DNA of 64,000 nt, taken from positions 224,001 through 288,000 of the forward strand of contig CAWJSR010000029.1 in NCBI GenBank assembly GCA_963845515.1, in the 5' to 3' direction. Both the position numbers and the translations under genes were made by a program. Below, one piece after another: positions 31,832 through 42,123 of the stretch (the first letter of the stretch is position 1; every line of letters begins with the position of its first letter). A model generated the notes under the pieces. The model had not been told where the DNA came from and ran no database searches. It was given only the letters and a program-made list of their open reading frames with translations. Origin of the DNA: an uncultured delta proteobacterium (GTDB lineage: Bacteria; Myxococcota; Myxococcia; Myxococcales; Anaeromyxobacteraceae).

Positions 31832-32956
31832 TCACCGCAGCGCGTCGGGAGCCACCAGGAAGAGCAACCCGAAGAGGATCAGGAGCGTCCCTGAGATGGC
31901 CTTGAGGGCGCGGGCACCGCGCTCGCCCAGGGTGAGCTTCCGCATCGTGACGACGGCGACGAGCACGATGGTGCCGAGCGGCACGACGTAGGCCACGTTG
32001 TAGAGCGCGAGCCACCCCGCGCGCCCGAGCGCCCCCGTCCCCCCACGCAGCGAGAGGATCCTCGTGTAGACGGCGGGGAGGCCCAGCGTGCAGCCGAGCT
32101 CCACCAGGTTGACGAGCAGGGCCAGCGCCGCGATCCCGGCGGCCGCCACCGGGAGGCTGGCCGCTTCGGCCACCGCGCGCATGCGCTTGAAGATCCCCGG
32201 CTTCGCCGACTCGGGGATCATGAGAGACGGTCCTCGCTTGAACCAGAGCACGTCCTTGAGGTTGACGAGCCCCATCGCGACCAGGAGGCAGCCCAGGACC
32301 ACGGTGAGGCCGCGCCCCGCGCCCGCGGTGGCGAAGATCCCGAGCCAGGCGCTCATGAAGACGAAGTAGACGATCCCCGACGCCGCCACGAAGATGCCGC
32401 CGTACAGGGCGACGCGCCCGCGCGAGCGGGCGTGGAGCAGGATCCCGAGCAGCACGACCAGCACGTACATCGCGCAGGGGTTGATGCCGTCCACCAACCC
32501 GACCGCGATCGTGAAGAGCGGAAAGGAGATCCTGCCTGCGTCCAGCTCGCCGAGCCACGGCAGCTGGATCACGCGCCGGCCGCCATCTTCGCCGACTCCT
32601 GCGGCAAGCGCCGCCTCGAGCCGCGCCTCCGTGACGCCGCGCTGGAAGCCGACGATCGCCTCCCGCCCCCGGACCACGAAGGTCGGCACGCCGAGCGGCT
32701 GGGCGCCGAGCCTGGTCGCCTCCGCCTTGAACCGCTCCCGCGCCACCGGATCGCCCCTCACCTCCACCCATTCGACGACGAGCCCCGGGGACCTGGCCAC
32801 GAGCGCCGCCACGGCTGGACGCGCCTCCTCGCAGTGCGGACACCCCTCGCCCCAGTAGACGACGAGATCGGCCGGGGCCTGTCCGGCGCCGAGCCACCCT
32901 GCGAGGAGTGCGGTGACCAGGATCACGCGGATAGCGTACGCCCACCGTGACTCCAC
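31832..32956 (-). CDS. glutaredoxin/thioredoxin domain fused to CcdA/DsbD-like membrane domain
   Basis: Signal-like N-terminus, GCPHC, GVPTF, then DGINPCA and ELGCT in TM segments. Confidence 0.75.
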   Translation of the reverse strand: MESRWAYAIRVILVTALLAGWLGAGQAPADLVVYWGEGCPHCEEARPAVAALVARSPGLVVEWVEVRGDPVARERFKAEATRLGAQPLGVPTFVVRGREAIVGFQRGVTEARLEAALAAGVGEDGGRRVIQLPWLGELDAGRISFPLFTIAVGLVDGINPCAMYVLVVLLGILLHARSRGRVALYGGIFVAASGIVYFVFMSAWLGIFATAGAGRGLTVVLGCLLVAMGLVNLKDVLWFKRGPSLMIPESAKPGIFKRMRAVAEAASLPVAAAGIAALALLVNLVELGCTLGLPAVYTRILSLRGGTGALGRAGWLALYNVAYVVPLGTIVLVAVVTMRKLTLGERGARALKAISGTLLILFGLLFLVAPDALR

Positions 32957-33053
32957 GGCCCTGCGGGCGAACGGGTCGTGCCCGTCGGGACGAAAGCCCA
33001 GGGAGTCCGGCACCCTGCCACCGACGCACCGGAGCAACACGGGAAGTGGCTTG

Positions 33054-33067
33054 ATTTCACGTGAATT
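33054..33067. promoter_or_regulatory. AT-rich palindrome in a divergent promoter region
   Basis: TTCACGTGAA core (33056-33065) between divergent genes upstream of the receiver/copA unit. Confidence 0.25.
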
Positions 33068-33094
33068 GCGTCCTCGACCACCCGTCGACAGGAC

Positions 33095-33598
33095 ATGAAC
33101 GCCACCCACCTCAACGTCCCCCGCGCCCTGCTGCTGCACTCCAATCCAGCCGCCATCCGCGCCTCCCTCGACGCGCGCGGCTTCGACGTCCTCACCGCCT
33201 CGGACGGCGCGATCGGTGTGGAGCTCCTGCTGGAGACGCTCCTGGGACTCGACGTGCTGCTGGTCGACGCCGACCTCCCGAAGAGGAACGCCGAGGGCTT
33301 CCTGTCCCTCGTGCGCGCCGCCGGGAACGAGCCCGAGCTCGGGATCGTCGTGATCGCAGACGGGCTCACGGCGGAGCGCAGGCGCGCCCTCCTCGCCAGC
33401 GGGGCCGACGTCGTCGTCGAGCGGCGCCACGGCCCGGCCGTCGTCGCAGAGGCCGCAGCGGCCGCTGCGGCGCTCTCACTGCAGCGGCGCCGGCGCGACG
33501 CGACAGGCTGTGACGGCTCCCCGCTGGAGCTGGTGCTGGACGCCGTCTGCGCGCTGGCCTCGCCCCTCGACCCCCTCCCCGCCTTCGTCATCCAGTGA
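33095..33598 (+). CDS. atypical response-regulator receiver-like protein
   Basis: GFDVLTASDG..G, LDVLLVDADLP, ASGAD; lacks acidic pocket and conserved Lys. Confidence 0.65.
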   Translation: MNATHLNVPRALLLHSNPAAIRASLDARGFDVLTASDGAIGVELLLETLLGLDVLLVDADLPKRNAEGFLSLVRAAGNEPELGIVVIADGLTAERRRALLASGADVVVERRHGPAVVAEAAAAAAALSLQRRRRDATGCDGSPLELVLDAVCALASPLDPLPAFVIQ

Positions 33599-33688
33599 CC
33601 GAATCGGTCACACCCGGGGTGGCTCATACGTGGCGCGTCGAAGCCGATCCGGATAGATCGCCATCGAGCCACCCCGGAGCCACACGCC

Positions 33689-36214
33689 ATGGATTCGAAC
33701 TCGACCGCCCCAGCGGCGCCCACCGCCGCGCCCACTCCTCCCACGCGCGATCCAGTCTGCGGCATGGAGGTGGATCCCGCGAACCCGCCGGGCGGGACCG
33801 TTCACCGGGGACGGTACGCCTACCACTTCTGCTCCGATCACTGCCGCGCGCGCTTCGAGCAGGAGCCCGAGCGCTTCTTCGCGATCGATCCGGTCTGCGG
33901 GATGGAGGTGAACCCGAAGGCGCCCAAGGGCGGCAGCCTCGAGCACGCCGGCTCCACCTACTACTTCTGCAACCCCAAGTGCCTCGCGAAGTTCAGCGCC
34001 GAGCCGGAGAGGTTCCTCGCGGCGAAGGGCGGCGCCGCGACCGCCGCGCCGCCTCCGGCCGTCCCCGCCGGCGCGAAGGTCTGGTGGATCTGCCCGATGG
34101 ACCCAGAGGTGAAGGAGGAGCAGCCGGTCCCCTGCCCGATCTGCGGCATGGCCCTGGAGCCCTTCGTCGAGGGAGGCGCGATCAGCGCCGAGGAGCCGCC
34201 GAACCCGGAGCTGGCGAACATGAGCCGCCGCTTCTGGCTCGGGCTCGCCCCGGCCGTCGCGCTCCTGGCGATCGCGATGGGGGACATGGCCACCGACATG
34301 TCCATCCGGCACGCGCTCGGCTTCCGCGTCTACTCGCTCCTCCAGCTCGCGCTCGCGACGCCGGTGGTCCTCTGGGGCGGCTGGCCTTTCTTCGAGCGAG
34401 CCTGGCTCTCGTTCCGGACCTGGAACCTCAACATGTTCACCCTCATCGGGATCGGCACCGCCGCCGCCTGGCTCTTCAGCGCCGCGGCGACCGCCCTGCC
34501 GGTGACCGCCTTCCCTGAGGCCTACCTCGACCACGGCATGCCGCCCCTCTACTACGAGTCGGCCGCAGTCATCGTCGAGCTGGTCCTGCTCGGCCAGATC
34601 CTGGAGCTGCGGGCACGTTCGCGCGTCTCCGGCGCCATCCGCGCCCTCCTCGGCCTCGCGCCAAAGACCGCGAGGCGCATCGGGTCCGACGGAAGCGAGC
34701 AGGACGTGGAGATCTCCGAGGTGCGCGCGGGCGACCGGCTCCGCGTCCGCCCCGGCGAGAAGGTCCCCGTCGACGGCGCCGTCGTGCAGGGCTCATCCTC
34801 GGTGGACGAGTCGATGGTGACGGGTGAGCCGGTGCCGGTCGAGAAGCGCGAGGGGGACAAGGTCACCGGCGCGACGATCAACGGCAACGGCGCGTTCGTG
34901 ATGCGGGCCGACCGCGTCGGCAAGGACACCCTCCTCGCGCAGATCGTCCGGATGGTCATGGACGCGCAGCGCAGCCGCGCCCCGATCCAGCGGCTCGCCG
35001 ACGTCGTCTCTGGCTGGTTCGTCCCGGGCGTGGTCCTCTCGGCAGTCCTCGCCTTCGCCGCCTGGTCGCTCTGGGGACCCGAGCCCCGCCTCGCCCACGG
35101 CCTCGTCGCCGCGGTCGCCGTCCTGATCATCGCCTGCCCCTGCGCCCTGGGGCTCGCGACGCCGATGGCCATCATGGTCGGCACCGGGCGCGGCGCAACG
35201 GCAGGCGTCCTCGTGAAGAACGCCGAGGCGCTGGAGCTGTTCGAGAAGGTGGACGTCCTGCTGGTCGACAAGACCGGCACCCTCACCGAGGGGAAGCCGC
35301 GGCTGGAGAAGGTCGTCCCCGAGCCGGGGTCCGGCCTGGACGATGCGACCCTGCTCCGGCTCGCCGCGAGCCTCGAGCGCGGCTCCGAACACCCGCTCGC
35401 CGCGGCCATCGTCGCCGGCGCCAGGGCGCGCGGCCTCACCCTCTCCGAGGTCCACGACTTCGGCGCCATCCCGGGGAAGGGGGTCGCTGGGACGGTGGAC
35501 GGACGGAGAGTGGCGCTCGGCAATCCGGCCCTCTTCACCGAGCTGGGGATCGACGCGACCGGGCTGCAGGCCCGCGCAGAGGCGCTGCGGTCCGAGGGCG
35601 GCACGGTGATGCTGGTCGCCGTGGACGGGAGGCCGGCCGGCGTCGTGGAGGCGATCGACCCGGTGAAGGGGAGCGCCGCCGACGCGGTCCGCGCGCTCCA
35701 CGCCGAGGGGATCAAGATCGTGATGGTGACGGGCGACGACTGGACCACCGCCCGGGCCGTGGCGAAGAAGCTCGGGATCGACGAGGTGGAGGCCCAGGTG
35801 CTGCCGTCGGGCAAGGCCGCGGCGGTCGCCCGGCACAAGGGGGCGGGGCGCGTGGTCGCGATGGCCGGGGACGGGATCAACGACGCACCTGCCCTGGCCG
35901 CCGCCGACGTGGGCGTCGCGATGGGGACCGGCACCGACGTGGCCATGCAGAGCGCCGGGCTGACCCTCGTGAAGGGGGACCTGCACGGCATCGTCCGCGC
36001 CCGCCGGCTCTCGCGCGCGACGATGCGCAACATCCGCCAGAACCTCTTCTGGGCGTTCGCGTACAACGCTGCCGGCGTCCCGCTCGCGGCCGGCGTCCTC
36101 TACCCGCTCACAGGCTGGCTCCTCTCGCCGATGATCGCGAGCGCCGCGATGAGCTTCAGCTCGGTCACCGTCATCACCAACGCGCTTCGGCTCCGGCGGG
36201 CGAAGCTGGGGTGA
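33689..36214 (+). CDS. copA: copper/silver-translocating P1B-type ATPase with two YHS domains
   Basis: 2x [59 protein letters not shown]. Confidence 0.93.
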   Translation: MDSNSTAPAAPTAAPTPPTRDPVCGMEVDPANPPGGTVHRGRYAYHFCSDHCRARFEQEPERFFAIDPVCGMEVNPKAPKGGSLEHAGSTYYFCNPKCLAKFSAEPERFLAAKGGAATAAPPPAVPAGAKVWWICPMDPEVKEEQPVPCPICGMALEPFVEGGAISAEEPPNPELANMSRRFWLGLAPAVALLAIAMGDMATDMSIRHALGFRVYSLLQLALATPVVLWGGWPFFERAWLSFRTWNLNMFTLIGIGTAAAWLFSAAATALPVTAFPEAYLDHGMPPLYYESAAVIVELVLLGQILELRARSRVSGAIRALLGLAPKTARRIGSDGSEQDVEISEVRAGDRLRVRPGEKVPVDGAVVQGSSSVDESMVTGEPVPVEKREGDKVTGATINGNGAFVMRADRVGKDTLLAQIVRMVMDAQRSRAPIQRLADVVSGWFVPGVVLSAVLAFAAWSLWGPEPRLAHGLVAAVAVLIIACPCALGLATPMAIMVGTGRGATAGVLVKNAEALELFEKVDVLLVDKTGTLTEGKPRLEKVVPEPGSGLDDATLLRLAASLERGSEHPLAAAIVAGARARGLTLSEVHDFGAIPGKGVAGTVDGRRVALGNPALFTELGIDATGLQARAEALRSEGGTVMLVAVDGRPAGVVEAIDPVKGSAADAVRALHAEGIKIVMVTGDDWTTARAVAKKLGIDEVEAQVLPSGKAAAVARHKGAGRVVAMAGDGINDAPALAAADVGVAMGTGTDVAMQSAGLTLVKGDLHGIVRARRLSRATMRNIRQNLFWAFAYNAAGVPLAAGVLYPLTGWLLSPMIASAAMSFSSVTVITNALRLRRAKLG

Positions 36215-36232
36215 GGCAGGGGCGAGGCTTCG

Positions 36233-37090
36233 ATGACCCGAATCGACTTCCGCGGCACGCCCGCGATGCTCCTCGAGACGAGGGGCGGCGCCAGGGCCGT
36301 GGTGGCGCTCCACGGCGCCCAGCTGCTCTCGTGGACGCCTGCGGGCGGCCGCGAGTGGATCTTCCTCAGCGAACGGGCCGAGCTCACGCCAGGCAAGGCG
36401 ATCCGCGGCGGCGTCCCGATCTGCTTCCCCCAGTTCGCCGCGCTCGGCCCGCTGCAGAAGCACGGGCTCGTCCGCACGCGCTCCTGGCGAGCGGCCGGGA
36501 AGCAGATCGTCGACGGCGATCCGGTGGTCTCACTGGCGCTCGAGCCCGACGCTGAGCTGCGCGCGCTCTGGCCTCACCCCTTCCGCCTCAAGTACTCGGT
36601 GCGGCTGGGCGACGCCCGGATCCGGCTGGAGCTCTCCGTGGAGAACGCCGGCGGAACGCCGCTCTCCTTCACGGCCGCGCTGCACGGCTACTTCTCCGTC
36701 GCGGACGTCGAGGCGGTCGAGGTCTCGGGGCTGGCCGGCGTCGCGTACCGGGACGCCGCCGGCAGCGACGTGCTCCGCGTCGAGCGGGGCGACGTCGTCT
36801 CGATCCGCGGCGAGGTGGATCGCGTCTACCACTCGGTGCCGGGCGAGGTGCTGCTGCGCGAGCCTGACCGCGCGCTCGGCATCCGCGCCGAGGGCTTCCC
36901 CGACGTGGTGGTCTGGAACCCGGGCGCGGACAAGTGCGCCGCCCTCCCTGACATGGCGCCCGACGGCTGGCGAAGGATGGTCTGCCTCGAGGCGGGCGCG
37001 ATCCGGACGCCGGTCGTGCTGCCGCCGGGCGGGACATGGGTGGGCCGCCAGACCCTCGCCGCAGCCGAGGTCAGGTCGGCCGGACGGTGA
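36233..37090 (+). CDS. D-hexose-6-phosphate mutarotase (aldose 1-epimerase family)
   Basis: [42 protein letters not shown]. Confidence 0.92.
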   Translation: MTRIDFRGTPAMLLETRGGARAVVALHGAQLLSWTPAGGREWIFLSERAELTPGKAIRGGVPICFPQFAALGPLQKHGLVRTRSWRAAGKQIVDGDPVVSLALEPDAELRALWPHPFRLKYSVRLGDARIRLELSVENAGGTPLSFTAALHGYFSVADVEAVEVSGLAGVAYRDAAGSDVLRVERGDVVSIRGEVDRVYHSVPGEVLLREPDRALGIRAEGFPDVVVWNPGADKCAALPDMAPDGWRRMVCLEAGAIRTPVVLPPGGTWVGRQTLAAAEVRSAGR

Positions 37091-37111
37091 GTCCAGGGCG
37101 GGGCGGCGCCG

Positions 37112-38217
37112 TCACTCGCTGGTGTCGGGCGCCCCCGCCTCCATGCGGCGGCGGACCCGGACGGGCACGTAGTTGCAGAACGGCTCCTCCTCCATGTAGT
37201 CGCCGTACACCGCATCGGCGCGGGCGCGGCAGCCGCCGCAGACGTTGATGAACTCGCACTCGCCGCACTTGCCCTTGTACGCCTTGAAGTCGCGCAGATC
37301 CTGGAAGATCTGCGAGCTTCTCCCAGATCTCCCGGAACGGCGTCTGCTTCACGTTGCCGGCGGTGCGCGTGGAAGTAGGAGCAGGGCTTGACGTTGCCGA
37401 AGCAGTCGATGAGGCAGATGGTCTGGGCGGCGATGCACCCCTTGCCGCCGCCGGTGGAGAAGGTGAGCGAGCGGCGCTCGAACTTCACCCCCTCCTCCTT
37501 CGCCCTCTGCGGCACGATCCGGTAGTAGTGCGGGGCGCAGGTGGGGCGCATGAGGATCTCGTCCTCCCGCTTCTCCTGCTGGTAGTGCCACTCGAGGATC
37601 TCCTCGTAGTCCTCCTTGGAGATCAGCTCGTTCATGATCTCCTCGCCGCGGCCGGTGGGGACGATCATGAACATGTACCAGGCGGTGGCGCCGAGGGACT
37701 TGGCGAGCCTGAACGTGTCGGCGATGTCGCGCCTGGTTGCGCTTGGTGAAGGAGGAGTTGATCGAGGAACTTCTGGCCGTGCTTCCGGAAGAACGCGGCG
37801 GCGCGCACCACGCCGTCGAAGGCGCCCGGGCACTGCGCGGAAGTCGTCGTGGATCGCCGGCGGTCGAGCCGTCGAGCGAGAGGGACACCATCTTGATGTC
37901 GGCCTTCCTCATCTTCTCGCAGACCTCGTCGTCGACGCAGCGACGCCGTTGGTCGCCATGCACATGCGCAGCCCCAGCGAGGTGCCGTACTCCGCCAGCT
38001 CGAAGATGTCGGGCGCAGCAGCGGCTCGCCGCCGGAGAGCACGACGACCGGCTTGGAGAACTCGGCGATCTCGGTCGAGGAGGCGCTTCCCCTCGTCGGT
38101 GGTGAAGTCCCCCTCGGAGGAGGTCATCTCCGACGAGCAGCGGCAGTGTACGCACTTGAGGTTGCAGTTCTGGGTGGTTTCCCAGGCGATCCACTTCGGA
38201 ATGAATTCCTGTGACAC
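37112..38217 (-). pseudogene. radical SAM/SPASM protein, AhbD/NirJ-like heme synthase; about nine frameshifts (error or decay)
   Basis: [63 protein letters not shown] reconstructed across frames. Confidence 0.8.
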
Positions 38218-38371
38218 GAGCACTCTCGCTGGTTGGGTGACCCACGGATCCCACCCGAATGCCGCGGCGAGCACAAGCCGCTTCCTGCGCAGGTCGCTGC
38301 CTTGCCCGCGTCCTCCTCTGTTGACGCGGCAGGCGGACGCACGTAGGGGGGCCGGCGGCGCTCGCTCCCGA

Positions 38372-39568
38372 TCAGTACGCGACGAGCGGCCCCGACCCCA
38401 GCGTGCTGTGGCGCCCCTCCAGGCCGAGGTAGACGTCGCGCCCGAGGTGGAATGGCAGCCCCCAGTCGAAGGCGCTCGCGGCAGGCAGCGGTCCGCCAAC
38501 CTGCGGCGAGACGTTGACGCTGGCCGCGAGGGCTTCGATGCTGGCGATCTGGAAGGTCAAGGAGCTCGACGGCGTGCCATTCGGTCCGGAGTTGTCCGCC
38601 GCGAGCGTCACGGTCGAGGCGGGGCAGTACCAGCCGGAGTTCGGCGCGGAGCAGGCCACCAGCCCCGAGCCGCTGGGCGCCGGGAAGAACAGGCCGTTGG
38701 AGCCGGTGTCGGCGAAGGCGGCCAGGGTGACGCCTCCGAGCGTGGTGCGGAACTCCCCCGCCGAGTCGAGCGGATAGGTCAGCACGGACGCGGGCGGGGC
38801 GTTGTTGCTGCGCGTGCCGATCCCGAGGATCAGCGCGCCCTCCACCGCGACGGTCCCAGCCGCGGGAACGCCCGGCAGCCGCACCACTACCCCGTTGTTG
38901 TCGAGCGGAAGGGCGGCCACGGGGTTCCGCACCTGGGCCGACGTCGGGAGGGCGGTGCCGCTGCAGCCAGCGGCGCCGCATGCGAAGTAGATGCCGTTGT
39001 TCGTGCTGGTGCAGGCGGTCCCGCAGTCCTGCACGAAGGTGGCGACACCGAGGATGCCGTTGAACCCGGCCGCGGACGGGCTCGGATCGGCGCCAGCGCA
39101 GGTGGACGGTGGGCTGGAGTAGGAGGCGTCGATGAGCTGGATCGGTACCCGAACGGCCGGCTCCCCTCCCATGACGACGTCGGCCGTCACCACCGGGCCC
39201 CACTGGGACGAGCCATCCAGGTAGGTGACGCACTCCGCCACGTCGACTCCCCCCGCCGTCACCGACGGCAGGGACAGGCTCAGGACCTGGGAGAAGACGC
39301 GCAGGCCGGTGCTGCCGGTGTCGAGGAGCAGGTCGCGGATGGTCTGGCAGGTGGCCGTGCCTGGCTCACACACGGTCACGCTGACGCAGGGCTTGTTGAG
39401 GTACGAGCCGGCCGAGCAGCCGCCACCGTTGACGCTCACCGGCAGGACGTTGGGCTGCCCCGTGGTGTCGACCGGCGGCGGGAGCGGCGACGGGGAGGAG
39501 GAGCCACCGCCGCAGGCCGCCACCAGGAGCGTGAGCGCGGCCAGAGCCCTCGGGTCACTGGACGTCAT
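38372..39568 (-). CDS. DUF3443 family lipoprotein with pepsin-like aspartic protease motifs
   Basis: Lipobox LVAAC, NPV and DNNG family motifs, two DTGS motifs. Confidence 0.8.
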   Translation of the reverse strand: MTSSDPRALAALTLLVAACGGGSSSPSPLPPPVDTTGQPNVLPVSVNGGGCSAGSYLNKPCVSVTVCEPGTATCQTIRDLLLDTGSTGLRVFSQVLSLSLPSVTAGGVDVAECVTYLDGSSQWGPVVTADVVMGGEPAVRVPIQLIDASYSSPPSTCAGADPSPSAAGFNGILGVATFVQDCGTACTSTNNGIYFACGAAGCSGTALPTSAQVRNPVAALPLDNNGVVVRLPGVPAAGTVAVEGALILGIGTRSNNAPPASVLTYPLDSAGEFRTTLGGVTLAAFADTGSNGLFFPAPSGSGLVACSAPNSGWYCPASTVTLAADNSGPNGTPSSSLTFQIASIEALAASVNVSPQVGGPLPAASAFDWGLPFHLGRDVYLGLEGRHSTLGSGPLVAY

Positions 39569-40022
39569 CGAGGTTCGCTCCGGGTGGAGTCAGGGCCGGG
39601 AGATAGGCGCGGCCGTGAAGGGAGCGGCCGTGCCCCCACGTCTCCACCACGACCCGCCCCGTCTCCACGCGTCGGGGGTGCCGCCCCGTTGGCTCACGCG
39701 TCGCCGCCCGAGCGAACTCGTCGAAGTAGGACCCGAGCAGCGGCACCAGATCCGGCCGGGTCAGCCCGCTCCAGGCGACGGCGAAGACGGTGCCTGACGG
39801 GGTGACGTACTCACGAACGCTCACCGTGGGCGAGCGCAGCTCGTGCACACCCATCCCGCCCCTGGCAGTCACCGGCTCGGCCGCCATCCCCAGGGCCTCG
39901 CGATCCCTGTCCACCGAAGACGCGGGCTCACCGAGCGCCGCACCGGCCGGCCGGCAAAGGCAGAGGAGCGCCAGCACGGGTGCCATGCCGGAGAGCCGCG
40001 CGAGTCGTGCCACTGCGATCAC
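39555..40022 (-). CDS. DUF2844 family exported protein (start may be 39986)
   Basis: Signal peptide ..AGA/ALG, VREY..G.VFAVAW.G..PDL..LLGSYF, GRAYLP; usual partner of DUF3443. Confidence 0.8.
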   Translation of the reverse strand: MIAVARLARLSGMAPVLALLCLCRPAGAALGEPASSVDRDREALGMAAEPVTARGGMGVHELRSPTVSVREYVTPSGTVFAVAWSGLTRPDLVPLLGSYFDEFARAATREPTGRHPRRVETGRVVVETWGHGRSLHGRAYLPALTPPGANLDDVQ

Positions 40023-40078
40023 GTGCGAGTGCTAACCGTCCGGCAGCCCCTTTGCACCCGCACGGCCCATCAGGAGAC

Positions 40079-41422
40079 CTACGCCTGCGTGAGCTCGATC
40101 CGCCGCCACGCGCCGCTCTGGAACCTGAGCAGGAGCACGAGCGCCAGCACGAACAGGTAGAAGACGAACCACGCGACCGCCACGGTGTCCCCGGCGCCCA
40201 TCAGCCGCACGGAGATCCAGCTCCCCGGCGCCCAGATCACCCAGGCCACGACGATGCGCACCCACATCGTGAAGACGGTGTCCCCTGCGGCCCGCAGCGC
40301 CTCGGTGAGGACGCTCGCCGCCGCGTCGAAGAGCTGCCACGCCGCCGACATCACGAGCATCCGGCGCCCCGCCGCCAGGAACTCCGCGGCGGACGACGGC
40401 TCCTGCGCGAAGACCGCGAGGAACAGCCCTGGTGCTGTGAGGTAGGCGAGCGCCACGAGCGACTCCCAGGTCGCCGCGACCGCGAAGGTGAGCCAGACGA
40501 TCCCGGGCACCCCGTCCCGCCGCGACGCGCCGATCGACTGCCCCACCAGGATCGCCCCGGCGCTCGCCAGCGCGAAGGCCGGCATGAACGCGACCGAGTT
40601 GATCTGCATGACGGTCATCAGGGCCGCGAGCGCGGTGGTGCCGAGCCCAGCGACGACGACGTTCACGAAGAAGGCGAAGGCTGCGAACTCGATGAACCAG
40701 GTGAAGCCGGACGGCAGCCCGAAGCGCAGGACGCCCCGAAGCTCGCTCCAGCGCAGCCGACCGCTCGCAGGGGCCCCGCGCTCGCTGGCGAAGACGGCGA
40801 GCATCCAGGCGAACGCCGCGGTCGTCGCGAGGGTGCTCGCGAGCGCCGCGCCGCGCACTCCCATCGCCGGCATGCCGAGCCGCCCCCCGATGAAGAGCCA
40901 GTTCCCGAGGACGTTCAGGATCATCGCGACCACGCTCGCGCGCATCTGGATGCGCGTGTTGCCCAGCCCGCCGTAGTAGCTGCCGAGCGCCTCCATCCCG
41001 ACGACCGCCCCCGCCGACAGGAGCCGCATGGCGAGGTACCCCTCCATCGCCGCCCGCAGGTCGGGCGCGAACTGGAGCTGGGCAAGCAGCGCGGGCACGA
41101 ACGGAATCGTCAGCAGGGCGAAGAGCTGGGTGACCGCCGCGATCGCGAGCCCGTACCAGCCGTAGCGGCGCGCCCCGCCGAGGTCCCCCTTCCCGAAGAG
41201 CTGGGAGGAGAAGCTCGCGACGATGAAGACCGTCCCCATCGGCAGAATGAAGAGGGCGAACGCGTTGATCGCACCGGTCGTCGTGGCGGCCAGCGCCGCC
41301 GCGCCGAGTGGCGCCACCATCACCGCGTCGGCGACGCCGACGACCACCTGAGACGACCGCGAGACGACGATCGGCCAGGCGAGCGCGAGGAGCGTCCTGA
41401 GCCTCTCCGCCCGGCTCGTCAT
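40079..41422 (-). CDS. MATE family efflux transporter
   Basis: LAWPIV, D.VMVAPLG, LRFGLP, LRAAGDT; about 12 TM segments. Confidence 0.9.
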   Translation of the reverse strand: MTSRAERLRTLLALAWPIVVSRSSQVVVGVADAVMVAPLGAAALAATTTGAINAFALFILPMGTVFIVASFSSQLFGKGDLGGARRYGWYGLAIAAVTQLFALLTIPFVPALLAQLQFAPDLRAAMEGYLAMRLLSAGAVVGMEALGSYYGGLGNTRIQMRASVVAMILNVLGNWLFIGGRLGMPAMGVRGAALASTLATTAAFAWMLAVFASERGAPASGRLRWSELRGVLRFGLPSGFTWFIEFAAFAFFVNVVVAGLGTTALAALMTVMQINSVAFMPAFALASAGAILVGQSIGASRRDGVPGIVWLTFAVAATWESLVALAYLTAPGLFLAVFAQEPSSAAEFLAAGRRMLVMSAAWQLFDAAASVLTEALRAAGDTVFTMWVRIVVAWVIWAPGSWISVRLMGAGDTVAVAWFVFYLFVLALVLLLRFQSGAWRRIELTQA

Positions 41423-41514
41423 CGCCGCCCCTCCGGCACCCGGCTCCGGCACGTCGCGCATTCGTCAGCGATGAATAACCCGGCCCACGGCAGCGCGCGA
41501 GCCAGCGCGAGGGG

Positions 41515-42096
41515 CTACGCCCCGCGCTGATCCACCCACCTCTCGACCGCGGGCGGCTTCCAGGCCGCGAAGCGGTCGAGGAGCGCGTCCGGGTCGGTCT
41601 CGACGATCACCAGCTCGCGGTGGAGCGGGCTCACGAACCCCTCGCTGACGGCGTGATCGAGGAAGGAGACGAGCGGCCGGTAGTAGCCCTTCACGTCGAG
41701 CAGCCCGCAGGGGCGGGCGTGGATCCCGAGCTGCGCCCAGGTCACGATCTCGGCGAACTCCTCCAGCGTGCCGAGCCCGCCTGGGAGCGCGATGAAGCCC
41801 TGCGACAGCTCGGCCATCTTCGCCTTCCGCTCGTGCATCGAGCCGGTGACGTGGAGGCTCGTGAGGTTCACGTGCGCCAGCTCGCGGAGCTGCAGCGCCT
41901 TCGGGATGACGCCGATGACCTTCCCGCCGGCCGCGAGCGTCGCGTTGGCGACCGTCCCCATGAGCCCTATCGTCCCACCGCCATAGACGAGCTCGATGCC
42001 GCGCCGCGCGAGCGTCCCCCCGAGCCCCTTCGCCGCGTCGGCGTAGGCAGGGTCCTTCCCGCTGGACGAGCCACAGAACACACAGATGCGCTTCAT
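41515..42096 (-). CDS. LOG family nucleotide phosphoribohydrolase (TIGR00730-like)
   Basis: CVFCGSS, LVYGGG..GLMG, MHERK, PGGLGTLEE. Confidence 0.93.
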   Translation of the reverse strand: MKRICVFCGSSSGKDPAYADAAKGLGGTLARRGIELVYGGGTIGLMGTVANATLAAGGKVIGVIPKALQLRELAHVNLTSLHVTGSMHERKAKMAELSQGFIALPGGLGTLEEFAEIVTWAQLGIHARPCGLLDVKGYYRPLVSFLDHAVSEGFVSPLHRELVIVETDPDALLDRFAAWKPPAVERWVDQRGA

Positions 42097-42123
42097 CGGC
42101 CGGGACCTCGCTTCGAAGAGTCC

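Noticed and set aside
39998..40012. Sigma54-like TGGCACG-N6-GC on the minus strand before DUF2844
   Set aside because: Lacks the TT before GC and probably lies in the signal-peptide coding region; insufficient support.
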